This document shows, in pieces, positions 25,160 through 38,658 of a stretch of 64,000 bases of DNA. This stretch comes from Convolutriloba macropyga (Eukaryota): the NCBI RefSeq assembly GCF_964194025.1, contig NC_134469.1:81096001-81160000 (forward strand), in the 5' to 3' direction. The stretch's first letter is position 1. Each line of letters begins with the position of its first letter. A program made the translations under genes and the position numbers. The notes beneath the pieces are model-generated. The model was not told the DNA's origin and did not search any database. It saw only the letters and a list, made by a program, of their open reading frames with translations.

Positions 25160-26613
25160 GAAAATAAAATTAGAAAATCAGTAATTTTCCCCGGTTATAT
25201 TATAGATAACATAATTTGCAATATATAATTTTTCAAAGTTTTTTAACTTTCATTGAGTTCAATGAGGCAGATATTTTTTAATCATATTGTTCAGCCTCTA
25301 TCACTGTTATTTCGTGTTGGTTAGGTAGGTTGTGGATTTGTTCGCATGTCCGCCTCTTTTTGGATTTTGGGTCAGCAAGTAACAGGAAATTTGGGCTGTC
25401 ATTTGAGACTAGGTCGTTGTAGCCTTCAGTATTTTGAACTTTGTCTCTAATCTGCTCTATTTCATTTTTCTTATTTTGACGTTTCCTACGTGTTCTTGTT
25501 GGTGATGCTTAGGAGTCAGATGTGTTGCTAGTTTGTTGTGACGGCAAGTTTTGCTGAACTAAGTCTTGGGGTTAAACGCTGGACAGGTATCGATGTAGAT
25601 GTTGGTTGTGCCAGTGGCGTCTCACGTTGTTGTGGAGTACCGAAATTTGTATTAGGTCTGGTCTATATTTGAAGTAATTGTCATATTTTGGATTCTGTTT
25701 TAAAATACTTTTTTCTGAGGGATTGTGCTACATTGCTTGATGCAGAAAAACATAATCATGAAGATCACACTTAGGCTGTAGGTGGACTTGAATGATTGCT
25801 TTTTTTAATTCAAGTTTATTTTTTTTGTTACAGACCTCGTCGAAGACTTGCGATCTCGTTTTTTTTTCTCTGGGCTTTTTGGTGGCCGTCCATCTGCTAG
25901 TTTCACTTGAGTGAGTCTTTTAGCGTTCTAAATTTAGCGGTATATAAATTCCAACGCAAATTTTAGTTTATGTGGCTCTTTCATTACATTTGCGACGGCG
26001 TGACCTTTCCTACTGAACTGCCGGGTGCCAATAATTAATACCATCCGTCTGGATTCCTTTTCTGTTTCTTGTTTGCATTTATCCTTTGAACAATTTTAAC
26101 TTGCATGGTTCTCTCGTTGTGGTGAAGTGAGTGTGAAACTCCGTCTGGCCAGATGAGTCTAATCTCATCACCCTGCATTTGGGCTGGAGTTTTATATTCA
26201 ATGCCAATTCTGGCGCTAAAGACATTTTCAACTTCAAAATCACAGTACATGCCTCCACATAAAAAAATCCTGGTATCGTATTGAAATCTAAATCATGTTT
26301 ACTTGTTTACAATAGTTAGGTTGTTTCTATCATGTTTCGTTACAATATTAGATATTGCCGTACTACAAAAGTACTTATGTTTGTACTTTTTCCTTAACTA
26401 AACCAAAATTTTTGAATTTTTGAATATCTTGCATCTTGAAATTTAACCAGCTTCATGCATGGTAGTGTGCTTTTATTGTCTGAATAGGGCGTTCTAAGAG
26501 TTCAATGACTTTATGATCATTAGCAGGCTCATCTATGGCTTCAATATTGTTTTCTTTACAGAAAGTTTTGAGTCTTTCTACCGTTAAAGTTAGACTGGTC
26601 AAGTCTAATTGAA

Positions 26614-26885
26614 NNNNNNNNNNNNNNNNNNNNNNNNNNNNNNNNNNNNNNNNNNNNNNNNNNNNNNNNNNNNNNNNNNNNNNNNNNNNNNNNNNNNNNN
26701 NNNNNNNNNNNNNNNNNNNNNNNNNNNNNNNNNNNNNNNNNNNNNNNNNNNNNNNNNNNNNNNNNNNNNNNNNNNNNNNNNNNNNNNNNNNNNNNNNNNN
26801 NNNNNNNNNNNNNNNNNNNNNNNNNNNNNNNNNNNNNNNNNNNNNNNNNNNNNNNNNNNNNNNNNNNNNNNNNNNNNNNNNNNNN
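26614..26885. other. Assembly gap (N run)
   Basis: Run of N. Confidence 1.
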
Positions 26886-27724
26886 TTTAGATGAAGGCGT
26901 TTTTGAATTTTTCAACAGTATGATATTCAGAGCATCTATCCTATCAATTGCAATTAAGAAAAATTGTTCCTTCTCCTTTCATTGTCATTGGTTCGCACAA
27001 GGCTATTTGAATCTCTTCATTTGGTTAATTACAATTAGGTCGTTGCGACCGCTGTCTAAGTGGCATTATTTGTTATAAATTATTAACTCTATCTGTACAA
27101 GTTTCCACTCGCTTGCTTTTGCCAAATTATCCCGCTGGATATATGGCCACCAAAAATTTAGTGCTGGAGAGAGCATTGCAAATCTGCCTGGATGGGTAAA
27201 AAGCGTTTTCTCTTATACAGTTTTTTCTCTTGCCCAAGGAATAGCCCATAGCTCATCCATACAAAGAAGTCCGTTTTTAAATTTCATATCCCCCACAGTG
27301 AGTAAAGTTACGGGCATATTTCGATCAGCCTTTGTTCATCGCTTCTGATAGCGCGGTCTCTCACTCTTTGTAGATAGAGTCCGCCCGTCAACGTTGCCAA
27401 TAGCTTTTTTTGGAAGGTTTTGTTAATAGTCTTTTTTAGTGTCTGATATTGTGCATCATCTCAGTTGTTTATGGATGAGTTTTTACCAATTGATGTGTTG
27501 TTGATGTCAGGTGCTGTACTTATTGGCGAATTATCGGAGTTGACCTCTGGGTTTAATGTGACGCGGTGTTTTTTTGTCGTTGAGATTTTTGTTGATGTTG
27601 GTGATTTGTTTAGAGTACTATTCAAAAGTGGATAAGGCAATGCAAAAGCTGGGCAAAAACGTGTGGTAATTACGTGTTGAGTATTTATTAACGGTATTAT
27701 GTATTCTCCAGCTAACTTGAAGGA

Positions 27725-27860
27725 TTGTCACATTCTTTTTCTGTTGTTATTTGTTCAGTATTTGTCACATTCTTTTTCACATTCTTTTTCTGTTGTTATG
27801 TGTTGTCACATTCTTTTTCTGTTGTCACATTCTTTTTCTGTTGTTATCTGTTGAGTATTT
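27725..27860. repeat. Short tandem repeat (TGTCACATTCTTTTTCTGTTGTTAT variants)
   Basis: About 5 partial or complete copies visible. Confidence 0.8.
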
Positions 27861-28849
27861 GCACTCAATTTTACTTATGAATCTGAGGTAATTTTAAGTG
27901 CACTTTCTGATGCAAATTGATGTCGTTGATAAATTAATGGCATTTGTGATGCAAATGAAATGTGTGAATTTTGTGTAAGTTGGTTGTTAAAATAGGTTGA
28001 TTGCGGAGCAGATGACATGGAATGTTCTTTATTTGAATTTGCGGTGTATTTTGCACGATAGCAATTGGTGTTTTATTATTATTTGGCGTGGCACTTCTCG
28101 ACCCTCTTCTTTTTTGTGTCAAATGCGTTCAAGTATAGTGAACTATTTTTTTTCAAATTTTGCATTTTGTTGCAATGAATTTCGGATTTTTGAGATAGTG
28201 GTTTCTTTGAAATTTTTATCGTAGGTAACGATTTTCTTTGACTTAAAAAATGGGCTTCTATTGGATATACTCAAATGGACCCATTTTGTCTCCCGGCGTA
28301 TGCTTGATAGAAAAATTTGAAGCAAGTCTGTCCAATCCAAGTCATAGTCTACTATTGTAATATCTATTAGATCTGAATTATTTTAAAACAGATAGTAGTG
28401 CACGATGCTCTCTAATGACTTTGAATTCTTTACCGCATATGTTATTTTAAAATTAATCGGTCGACCACCCAATTCCTAGTAGTTCTCTTTCGTTATTGTT
28501 ATCGGAGAATTTATTTCCAAGCAAAACAATCGCTGACATAGCAAATTGATTTTTCTGTAGATATATCAAAAACAAACGTTATCTAATATTTGTGAACAGT
28601 GATTCACATAACAGATATTTTGCATCTGTATCAGTGCTGACTACTATTCTGTCATCCGGAAAAAAAATCTATTTTGTAGACATATACGATTATAGCCCAC
28701 TGTGTTTTGAAATTCAGCTAGCATAAATGTTAGTCCGTAAAAACCGGTTTGAATTCTATTGGTAACTGTCAATTTTCAACAAATAATAATACAATTGCGG
28801 TGTCTAGCTGTAACTTTATGTATTGAAAATCGACTGTGCTATACACTAC

Positions 28850-31800
28850 TTGTATAATGTACTGTGTTTTGCCTTGGGCGTTTGCTTAACAGTTTAAAAC
28901 TTAGTGATTCGCGATGCGAATCAACTTTATAAATCTGATTCGCGGTTTCCTAGAATGAAGACGGTTGTCAAAAATAAATGTTGGATTGAGCAACCGTACA
29001 CGGGAATTGCAATGAAGCGAATAAATTTAGTATATATTTGACACTCAAGAGCATTTGACAGTTCCTAAGTCGGGAAGTTTGAAAGAAAAAGTGTACGTTA
29101 AATAATAACTGAGGAAGGGCATTTGTGATCTGAACTTGACTTCCTAATATACGTTCTTCAATAAAGTGAGTAAAATGTATCAAATTTTACTGCACTAAAT
29201 TCGCAACAGGGATACTGTGTAGGACATTTCCCCCTTTTTAGCAAATTGTTAGGTACACAAAGTGAAAATATTAATAACGATTTTGACAATATAATAATTA
29301 TTATGCACCGGATAAACAAAATAAACAAAATATGTATTGGTTATGAAAAGCGCTTGGCAGCAATGAATCAAAGAGATTTACAGTTTTAGCTCGAAGTTAA
29401 CACTTGTAACTCTTTGTCGTCGATTTTCAATGTGAGAAACAATACCAATGACCAAAGAGGGGAACTGTTTCTGGATAGGTTCCAACTGATTATTGGTGCT
29501 GCTGACCATTGATTGAACCAAAGTTGGTGTATGATATTCAACATCTCCTGCTCGCTTTAGACTTCTGTGATTTTTAAAGTTACGATTAATTGTCTTTATC
29601 AAAGGCATAGAATTGTGGGCTTTGAGATGTTCAATTTCCAGCTGGAGCAGATGATTTTTATGGACCTCATGAGGTGCAGATATGGATGGAAGAATAAGTT
29701 CAGTTGGATTAGTTGGTAGAACTGGAACTGGTGGTCGAATAATTTATTAGGTTGATTTTTCGTCGGGAACTTTATAGACATTTTGGGCACGTGTACTCGC
29801 TCTGCATGGGCACGTTCCGCACTTTGCAATGTCATTGATTCTGACAGTTACTTTTAATTTTTGTAACTCATGTTGACGCATGTGTCTGCCCAATTTCCCA
29901 GCGGTAGAGCAGGGGGCCAGGACTTCATATAGACCATCGAGGTTTAATTCGATCAATTTTGGGGATGCCATTATGTTGCCTGCTTTGAAAATACGGTTTT
30001 CTTTTTGAACAAAATTTTTGGTGCAAGCTGTTTAATTTCAGGAACCGACTATCGTCATCCGTGATGGCCTCATCAGGAGACTTGGCATCACGGGTGGCAA
30101 AACACATATTCTTCTCTATCTCCTCGACACTGCTCTAGGCTTTCCAGTTTTCTCCTGAGAGGAGTTCATTGTGAGTAACAATTTTTTTTAATAATTAGTT
30201 GTCAGTATTTTATTATAGCTTAAATGATTAAATGATTATTTTTAGTTGAGGCACTAATTTTGCTAAACAGTGTATTGACTCGACAGTCAAAATATTTTTC
30301 GGAATTCCAGATCTGTCCTGTTTTTTGGTTTCAAATTCCTAATTAGTATTTTACTGATCAAAAAGCTGACTTTATGTTGAGAACAGTTGATATCTGTATG
30401 TGCTACTTTAATACATGCAAGGCGTAATCTTATTGTTCTAACAAGTCGTTCTACAGGACGAATTGCACGATGGTAATTAGCGGGTGCCAGACTTAGAGCA
30501 GTATTTTGTTGCCAAAAATATTACTTGATACCAAAAGACAAAATCTGAATCTATTTTAGGCGATCTGGGAGCTCCCTGAATTCGTTTACGATTGTTTCGA
30601 AACTAATAACATTCGATGCATTAGCATTATCAAAAATTTATCCAAAATGTTTTAGAGGTTTGATCTGTGCATGTTAATAGATTAACTTCGTGTTCATTTT
30701 TAGCCTTATTCTGTCCTGCAAAGTCACTTTTTACTTCTCGATTGGGCACTGTAAATGTTTTACGTGGATTAAATTGATTGGTGTTTATAAATGATTTATA
30801 ATTTTTCTCGAAGGCATGAAGCAGTCATTCGCCGTACAGTTATGGCCACCAGCGGTGCCGGGCCATTCGGAACGTTCCTCAGCTGCCTGGTTGGCTCGTA
30901 TGAAGATCCTCTATCATGGCATCTTTGATTGCACTGGGTAGCGCCATTTTTTTCTCAATGCAAACGCAGCCGCTGCTAAAGTGAATTTCTCGCCAGATGA
31001 GGTGGAGTTAATTTAAACGGGTATCCTCATTGCGAAGAATGCAATACCTTTTCTCTTTAAGTACCACGTCTTTGCAAGTAAGCGTTACAGTAAATGACTT
31101 AAAACAATGTTTCCAAACACTTCATCAGATGAGAGAATTCGGGTGATCACAGTGAGCGGAGAGCTAATAATTGAGTCGGCGGGTGATCTCCGGGGCGTGC
31201 TGGCTATCGTTTAAGTCGTAAATGATATGCTGGGCGAAACTCGTGTTGAACAAACTTGGGTGGTTTTTCCTTTCAAGTATGATTTTTGATTCATATTTGA
31301 TGAAATTTAAGATGTTTGATTGGATTCACTGATTGAAATTTTTGATGTGCTGAGGAACTTATTTTCAGGGTTAGAGTTCTCAAAAGCAACTTTTTATGGT
31401 TTACTAATTTAGCACGTGATTTAATTGCACGTGACTTAGCACGTGACTTATTTGAGTTATAAGCACTATCAGGGAAGTGTTTTTGCAGCATGGTTGTTAT
31501 TGACAAGTCGTCAATATTTTTTTTAATTTAAAGCTTTTGAGAAATGAGAGATGCAAATTCTGTATTTTACTGCGCTGAATGCAGTATTAAATACTATTTT
31601 GCATTGTTGACTAAATTGTACCTGTAATTTGAGCTATGAGAGGAGTTGTATCTGAATACAAGCATACGCGCTATTCACGAGTGGTATTTAAATTGGAAGG
31701 AGTAAATGAGTTTGAATTGAAGGTACTGACTGGTTTGATGGATGTAAATTCTATTTGAAGCAAGCAAACACGCGATGCTTGACCTATATTCTAAATTGGG

Positions 31801-34560
31801 GAATTTAGTAAGGATAAATTTCTAGTAATGTATTACCTGAGAGTGAACGTTTGTTTTCTGTTGTGCGTACATGAAATGCGTAATCAATATTAGAAGTTGC
31901 GAATTCTCAAAGAGTGAACTTTTTGGTTTTCGTTTGCTCTGCAAATGAATTTTGGAAAAAAAAATTGTTTAAATTAGTAGCGAAAATAATATTGTTATTT
32001 TGTTATATGTGCGTCAGATGTAATACTTCAAAATGTAGCGACTAGAAATTCCTCATCATAAGCTGATGCGCATATTGCTGGTGAATATGGATTGCGGGGT
32101 CTAAATTCCACTAAACTCATTTTAGCGGTAGTAAGATTGAAATGATAAAAGGCGTGATAAACGAGTTTTATACGACTTCTTAGAGCTGTGTTCTTTGAGT
32201 ACAGGTAAAAATGCCCAATGATCAGTTATACTTGAAAACTCTGTACCGTAGGGACGTTTTTTGAAATACTCTATTGACCAAACTACCCCTAGTAATTCTA
32301 ACTAATTCATCCTGTATATCTTTTAATTAATGTTTTAAAAATGTGATGCAAAAAATTTAGGTTTCGATTCATGAGTCTTAAGTTGAGAAACAGCTGCTCC
32401 TTGGTCAGAGCGAGAAAAATTACATGTGACACGTGTTTCAAATTACAGATTAAATCAAAATTTTGCTGTCTGATTTGGGATGTCAGTTTTAGCATGTAGT
32501 ATGTAGATCTGTCCCGTTGAATTTGCTTTTTAAGAAGGGGTTGAAAAGTACGGCACAATAAGGCTAGGCAACGAATAAGTTTGCTAAGTTAATGTACAGA
32601 ACCAAGAAATGGCCTTTTTTAAAGTGTGTTTGGTGGTTTAAGTGAAATAATGGCTCATGTTTTCGAAACAAGGGGCTAGATTTCTGATTGAGATATATTT
32701 TTCCAAGCCAGCTGGTTATCTGAATCTAATTTTGTAACACAATCTGCGACTATCTTAAAATATTCGTCTTCAAAACGTTAACTTTCTATCAAAATGCCGT
32801 CTATGAAGCAAAAAGTATTTTAGAGACCGATGAGTGTGTAGATAAATGTTTTGTGATATTCAGCGGGCTTGTCACTGGGTCTACAAAAAACCAGTTTTAT
32901 ATCTATATGTGCGTGTCATATCACCGCTCATAATATAAAAAACGAATTGTTTTGCCATTTCAGGATCAACTTTCAATTGAATATAGCCGAATTTAAGATT
33001 GAAATTGGAAACAAAAATTTTTTCTTGAGGCTCTGAAAGAAATTTTGTTTTTTTCTGTGATAGAAAGGTCACTAATATGTCACATATAGTTATTTGAAAT
33101 TTTTTGTGAATGGATTTTTTTACGAATTGCTGAATCAAGTGATATTTTTATGATTTGATCTGTTTCACACTTATAACTTTTGGTGATATGCAATGCTGTT
33201 CTGAGCCATTGTTTAAATTTTTGATCTGTCCGTTGTTTCTTTACTTCAATATTTACTCTCTTCAGAACGTTAAATGGCGTTTTTTGTCCGTTCTAATGTT
33301 TAGGTACGAAATTTTGGTGAAGTTTAAAGTTTGATTGAGAGAGGTCAAGTGCAACGAAGAGGTCTCGACCAATAACAGGTATTAGGCCATCAGGCACTAC
33401 CACCAATTCAGCGTCCTTGATTTGCCAACCTTTTCTGAATAGTAGAATTTGTATAATTCTTATTACAGTAATCGGTTCATTGGCAAAACTCTGAAATTTT
33501 TATCAGGCACTGTTGCACACACTTCCCGAATCAATGAGAAGTCCCACATTGGCGTTGTTTACCTTGAGTGTTGTTTTTTGAGGTCCAATTTGTTCAATTA
33601 ACAATGCTGGCAACCATGTTGTCAACTGAGCTATCGTAATCAGATTTGCGTTCAGGATTTTATTTACTATCGATGATGGCGTTTGATGTTTTGTCGGAAT
33701 TAGACGTATTTTCTGAGTTATCTATCATCTTTACATTAGAACGAGCTTTTCGCTGGGTATTAGATTTTTGAAACAATTGTAAACCTCAACTATTACAAAT
33801 TTTGCCCCTTGCAATAAATTTCTCTTTCTGATTTAAAGACAAAAGAAGGTCACAATTGGTGTAATTTTGATAGTGGGTTGAGATTGTTGTTATATTTTTT
33901 TTTAATTTGGTCGTGCATTCGCGTTGCAAAAAAGGCGTTGAAATGTTATGGCTATCAACTGTGGGAGGAATTGTCGAGACTTTCAGTTGATTGAGATAAC
34001 CATGTTCAAAATTCACGCCCCATCTTAAAGCGTGAGCGAGGTCTTCAGTTTCTTTTAGGAGTTCTCGTTGCACTTCTTTGTCTTGCATGTTCATTATTAA
34101 TAGATATCTTATCACAGTGCCATCTTATTTGCTCAGCCCACAAATTTCTGACATTTGTTTTTTACTTTTCAAAGATTGCGCGATGCAGTCTCCTTTATCT
34201 TGTTCTATTGTTGGCGAAACATTACGATTGAAAATGTTATTTCGGGGCCTTATAAAAGCAACTTCCTTGAGATGCCAAAACTCTGCTGAAGTTAGGGTAT
34301 CTGTCACAAGAAGCAGGTTTGGAATGCTCACTCTTCTCCCTTCTGTTCTAATACTAAGTATCATTATCACTAATACACTTTTTTTGATCCGCATGGTTTC
34401 AAAGTATAACGTCAAACACAATTCCAACTTCTAATTGTCGTTTCCAGCTAATTTCCCGACTCAGTTTGTGTTGCGCATTTCGAACTTGTCTTTCCCATTC
34501 GGATTTTGCCAAAGATCTTTTCATATTGTCTTTGTAGATAGGTTTGCGTGGCAATTAGGC
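28850..34560 (-). mobile_element. Near full-length decayed Ty3/Gypsy element: gag-PR-RT-RH-INT-pol tail-3' region
   Basis: gag IRYLLIMNMQDKEVQRELLKET; RT YIQLKVDPEMAKQ...TYRYKTGF; RH ELELLGVVWSIEYFK...ITDH; INT IEDLHTSQPG...RWWP, DFAG, APANYHRAIRPVERLVRTI. Domain order is Ty3/Gypsy. Confidence 0.85.
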
Positions 34561-34744
34561 GTTTTTTTTTTCTAGGGGCAGGTCAGTGTATCCAGAGTGA
34601 TATTCTTACTTGCCAAGAGGGCTAGATTTAGTTGACAACACCATTTCTCTCAATGGAGAGGTGGGACTGAGCTTGGCGTCTCAAGGCTCATTTTCTAAGG
34701 AGGCCGTCTGGTGAGAAAATGGCTGCACCCTTTCGTACACTAGT

Positions 34745-36160
34745 TTTATTGTGTACTGCTTCTCACCTTGCCGTTTGCTTAACAATTTACAACTTAATGA
34801 TTCGCGTAGCGAATCGACTTACTCCTTCTGTTTTGTGATATCTGAGAGTGAAGACTGTTGTCAATGTCCAATATTGATTTGGGCAGCTTTGCGCAAAAAG
34901 CAAGATGAAAAATATAAATTTAGCACACATTTGATACTAAAGAACAAACAGCAGTTCTCAAATCGAATAGTTTAAAAGAATAAATGTAAAAAAAACAATA
35001 ACTGATGAAGGGTATTAGGGAATTGAGCTTGACTTCCTAGAATACGATCTTCCAAAAATATGTATTTTGTATCAAATTTTAGTGCACTAGATTAGGAACA
35101 AGGATGGATTGTGTTGGACTTTTCTATCTTATTAACAATTTTTATGTAAACAAATTGAAAATTTTAATAACGATATTTATAACATATTAATAATTATTCA
35201 CTGGTTAAATAAAAACGAACATGATATGTACTCGTTATAAGTAGCTATTGATAGCAATAAATCAAAGAGTTATACTTATTTAGCTCGAAGTTTACTCTTG
35301 TAATGCTTTGTTGCCGAGATTAATTTTGGGTTTAATGGGTCTGTGATCTACGGGGCGAGTCCGTGTGTTGGTTGGAGAAACAATACCACCGATCAGAGAG
35401 GGGAACTTTTTCTGGATAGAATCTAATTGATTATTGGTGCTGCTGACCATTGGTTGAAACACAGTTGGTGTATGATATTCAGCATCTCCTGCTCGTTTTC
35501 AACTTCTGTGGTTTTTGAAGTTACGTGGAAATGATATCGTACTTTTGCCTGATGAACCGCCTTTAGAAAAGAAATAGTATTGTGGGCTTCGAAAGTTTCA
35601 TTTTCCGGCTTGAGTAGATAGTTGTTGATGAACCTCATGAGGTGCAGATATGTATGGAAGATTATGTTCAGTCGATTTTGTTGGTGAAGCTCGTACTGGT
35701 GGTCGAAGAATTTCAATAGGTTGATTTTTTGGCGCAATTTTTATGGAAATTTAGGGAGCGTGTACTAGCTTTCTCTGTGCAATGTTCGAGCAAGTTGCTG
35801 AAACGCGGCTAGTGACGTCCCTTTTTTGTTTTTCATCTTCCGATCAGCATTCGGACTAGTTCCTTCGTATGCAATGTGAAGCGAATCAACTTACTAATTC
35901 TGTCTCGCAAAATCTTAGAGCGAAGACGGTTGTCAAAGTTAAATGTTGGGCTGGGCAACTGTACACGGGAAGCAGAATGAAGAGAATAATTTCTCATGTA
36001 TTTGGAACTCAAGAGCAAATGAAAGTTCTCAATTCGGGAGATTTGGTAGAGGAAATATGCGATAAATAATAACTGATGAAATGTTTTTGTGAACTGAACT
36101 TGAGTTCCTAAAGTTTGGCCACCAATAAATTCAGTTCATTGCTTTAATTTTAACTAAATT
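34745..36160 (-). mobile_element. Diverged paralogues of the 3' end of the Gypsy element (34745-35790 and 35870-36160); candidate LTR
   Basis: Colinear similarity to 28850-29810 and 28915-29210. Shared peptide RNFKNHRSxKRAGDxEYHTPTxxQxMVSSTNNQLxxIQKxFPSL. Minus-strand AATAAA at ~34745. Confidence 0.7.
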
Positions 36161-36904
36161 AAGAATAGGAACATCATGTATACATATTTTAAATCAGGTG
36201 TCAATAAAAAATCTTTTCTTGCGTTTTGAGTTTCAATTAGATGTTGGGATAATGAATCAATTAAAAACTTTAAATTTGCCAATTGATTTTTGTTTTCAAG
36301 CTTCGTTTAAGAAAATGGTTTGATAATTGTATTAGAATGGAATACGTTATCCTATAATTTGTCATTTTCTTGATTTCAAGAAATTGAGATACTTGTTTCT
36401 AAAGTTAGGTGCGCGGGTAGCGGATAATGAGGCTTGTCGAAAAATGTTGCTGTGAGCCACGAGGATATAGAAGAAATTGGGGATACGTAGGTTCGGGCAG
36501 TTAACGGGGGAAAGTATGGTAAGTGATGGGTAGTTAGGGGATGTAGGAAATTACATAGGGGTAGGTAGGCCGGATAAGGGTGTAGATAGGTAAATGGGAT
36601 GTTTCTGAGTTTAAGTGTAGAAGGGGTGTAGGTACTTAGGTAGATAGGGGGTAAGTTGTCGTGGTCATGCTGGTCGGGAAAGAGTAACAACATTAAATGT
36701 GGACGGCTGAATGCGGGAAGTGACTTGAAAAACAAACAAATACTATATAAATCAAAATTTTAGAATGGTAACAAATAGACAAGAGATGTGTTTAAAAACT
36801 TTGGATTATGGTTGGGGGTTTCTGGTGTGGTTATATAGGAAGTTGAGTGGAGATTTGATGTTTCAGGGATGAGGGTTACGTCTGCGGAACTGGAAGTTGT
36901 AATT

Positions 36905-37330
36905 AAAACGACAACAGCAAAACAACAACAACAGCAACAAAAACAGCAGCATCGAAAGCAACAGCATCAACCGTAACAATATCATCTAGAACAACAAAAT
37001 AAACACTATCAAACGAGAACTACCGCAACACCAACAAAAAATACCAACATCATCAACAACAACAACAACAATAAAAACAGCAAGACCAATAACAATAACA
37101 AGAAAAATAACAGCAAAAACAACAACAGCAACAATAGCATCATCAGCAACAACATCAACAAAGCTAAAACATTAGCAACAACGACATCAACAACAACAGC
37201 AGCAGAGGCAAGAATTACATTCATAACAAGAAAAAAACACCATAAAACAACACCATCATCAGTAATATGAACAGCAAAAACAAAACCAGCAATAAGAGTA
37301 ACGAAAGAAAAACATTAATAGCAACATCTG
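36905..37330. repeat. Degenerate (CAA/CAG)n low-complexity tract
   Basis: Visible caacaacaacagcaacaa periodicity. Confidence 0.9.
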
Positions 37331-38514
37331 CGACAAAAATGTAAATTGTCAGTTCTTTTCATTTCAGTACTGAATGCTCATTTTTTCCACAACAACAATT
37401 AGAGGTCTGCTAGAACCATTTTTTTAAATTAAATAAAGCTAAGAACACAACAAAAGAAAAAATATATTCTAATTTCGTAAAAATTGGATTGATGTACTCT
37501 ATTTGCATTAAGAAGAGTAAAACCATTCATTACAAATTGTTCTGCAAAAAAATGCAACTTGAAAGGAGACATACACCAAATATCATTGAACCCATATTCT
37601 TCGCTGCTTTGCACTTCAGGAGTTTTTTCAACCATTATTGTTTTTCTCACAGTTGTGTTAACTCAAGGCAATTTGTTCAAAAATTGGCGATTCTTCCAAA
37701 AGTTTATTTTTTTAAGAAAGTTTTTGCTGAACTCTTATTTCAACTGAATATAAATTTGAGAAACACATAAGCGGAGTCTCTTACCCACTCATGGAGTTTT
37801 CTACTAGAAAATGGAAATTTCTCATTTCCGCAATTAAAAAGTTATAGCCTGCAATGAGTATAGTCTGAAATGTTCGCTGTTGATCTTTTAGTAACATTTT
37901 CAACGTGAAATCGTCTGAGTACGTTTTGAGAAGACGAAACCGTACCAATTTCTAGTGCACCGCATGAAAATTAAAATATTTTTACCTATTGTCCTGATTT
38001 GTCTATAACGACAACTACACGGTAGATGAATCTCGCCGCGTATTTAAGAGGTTGTTGGAAAATACCCGCGAGTGTGGAAAAATTGTTTGGAAGTGGAAAT
38101 TTTTGTTATGAGTTCAAATGGAAATTTTTGTTTTTGCAAAAGTCAAGCTGGCATATTGAGAGCTTTGCAGGCTAGTGATCAAATAGCCGACGAATTTACA
38201 TCACGGTGTTAAAGACTTTTGGAAACAGAGCCGGCCGTGCTGTCGCCACTATTGAAAATTAGCAAAAGGCATGACATTGAAAGAAATCAAAACAACTTCA
38301 GTTTGAGGACTTCTGAAAACTAATGAGCTAAAAAGGACAACGCTGAGTGATAACGCTTTTGCACTTAAAGTATCCAGCATTAGGTACTAATCTTTTTTCT
38401 GTTTTTTAGCAAAACTTAGAGCAGTTATTTAACAGTCACTGCTATCTTTTCCTTTCGTCCGACAATTTTCCAGCAATTATTTTAACTTAAAAACCTTATT
38501 AATCTTGGAAAGGC

Positions 38515-38658
38515 CTTAATACGGTAACTTAGAAAACTTATTACAGCCTTATTACGGACCGTAGTCAACTTTACAAGATGTTAGAACGGTTTTCATTCAA
38601 GACTTATACGGTGCCGTACTACGGTCGTATCAAGTTTTCCAAGTATGGGTAACCTGGG
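38515..38658. mobile_element. Right end of a CCCAGG-terminated non-autonomous DNA element with TACGG motifs
   Basis: Repeated tacgg/ccgta motifs ending in ggtaacctggg. Confidence 0.4.

Larger units (their letters stand above)
25300..28510 (-). mobile_element. Ty3/Gypsy RNase H-integrase-pol tail remnant spanning an N gap
   Basis: RNase H ERELLGIGWS...EHRALLSVLK; integrase Zn region FWWPYIQRD; core SIRLDQ; tail NPDGWY-LLAPGSSVGKV, shared with 29750-30000. Confidence 0.75.

Noticed and set aside
26556-26915. ORFs spanning N gaps (also 48761-49146)
   Set aside because: Artefacts of N runs.
37009-37224. Hydrophobic Leu/Val 'membrane protein' ORF
   Set aside because: Translation of a (CAA)n low-complexity tract.
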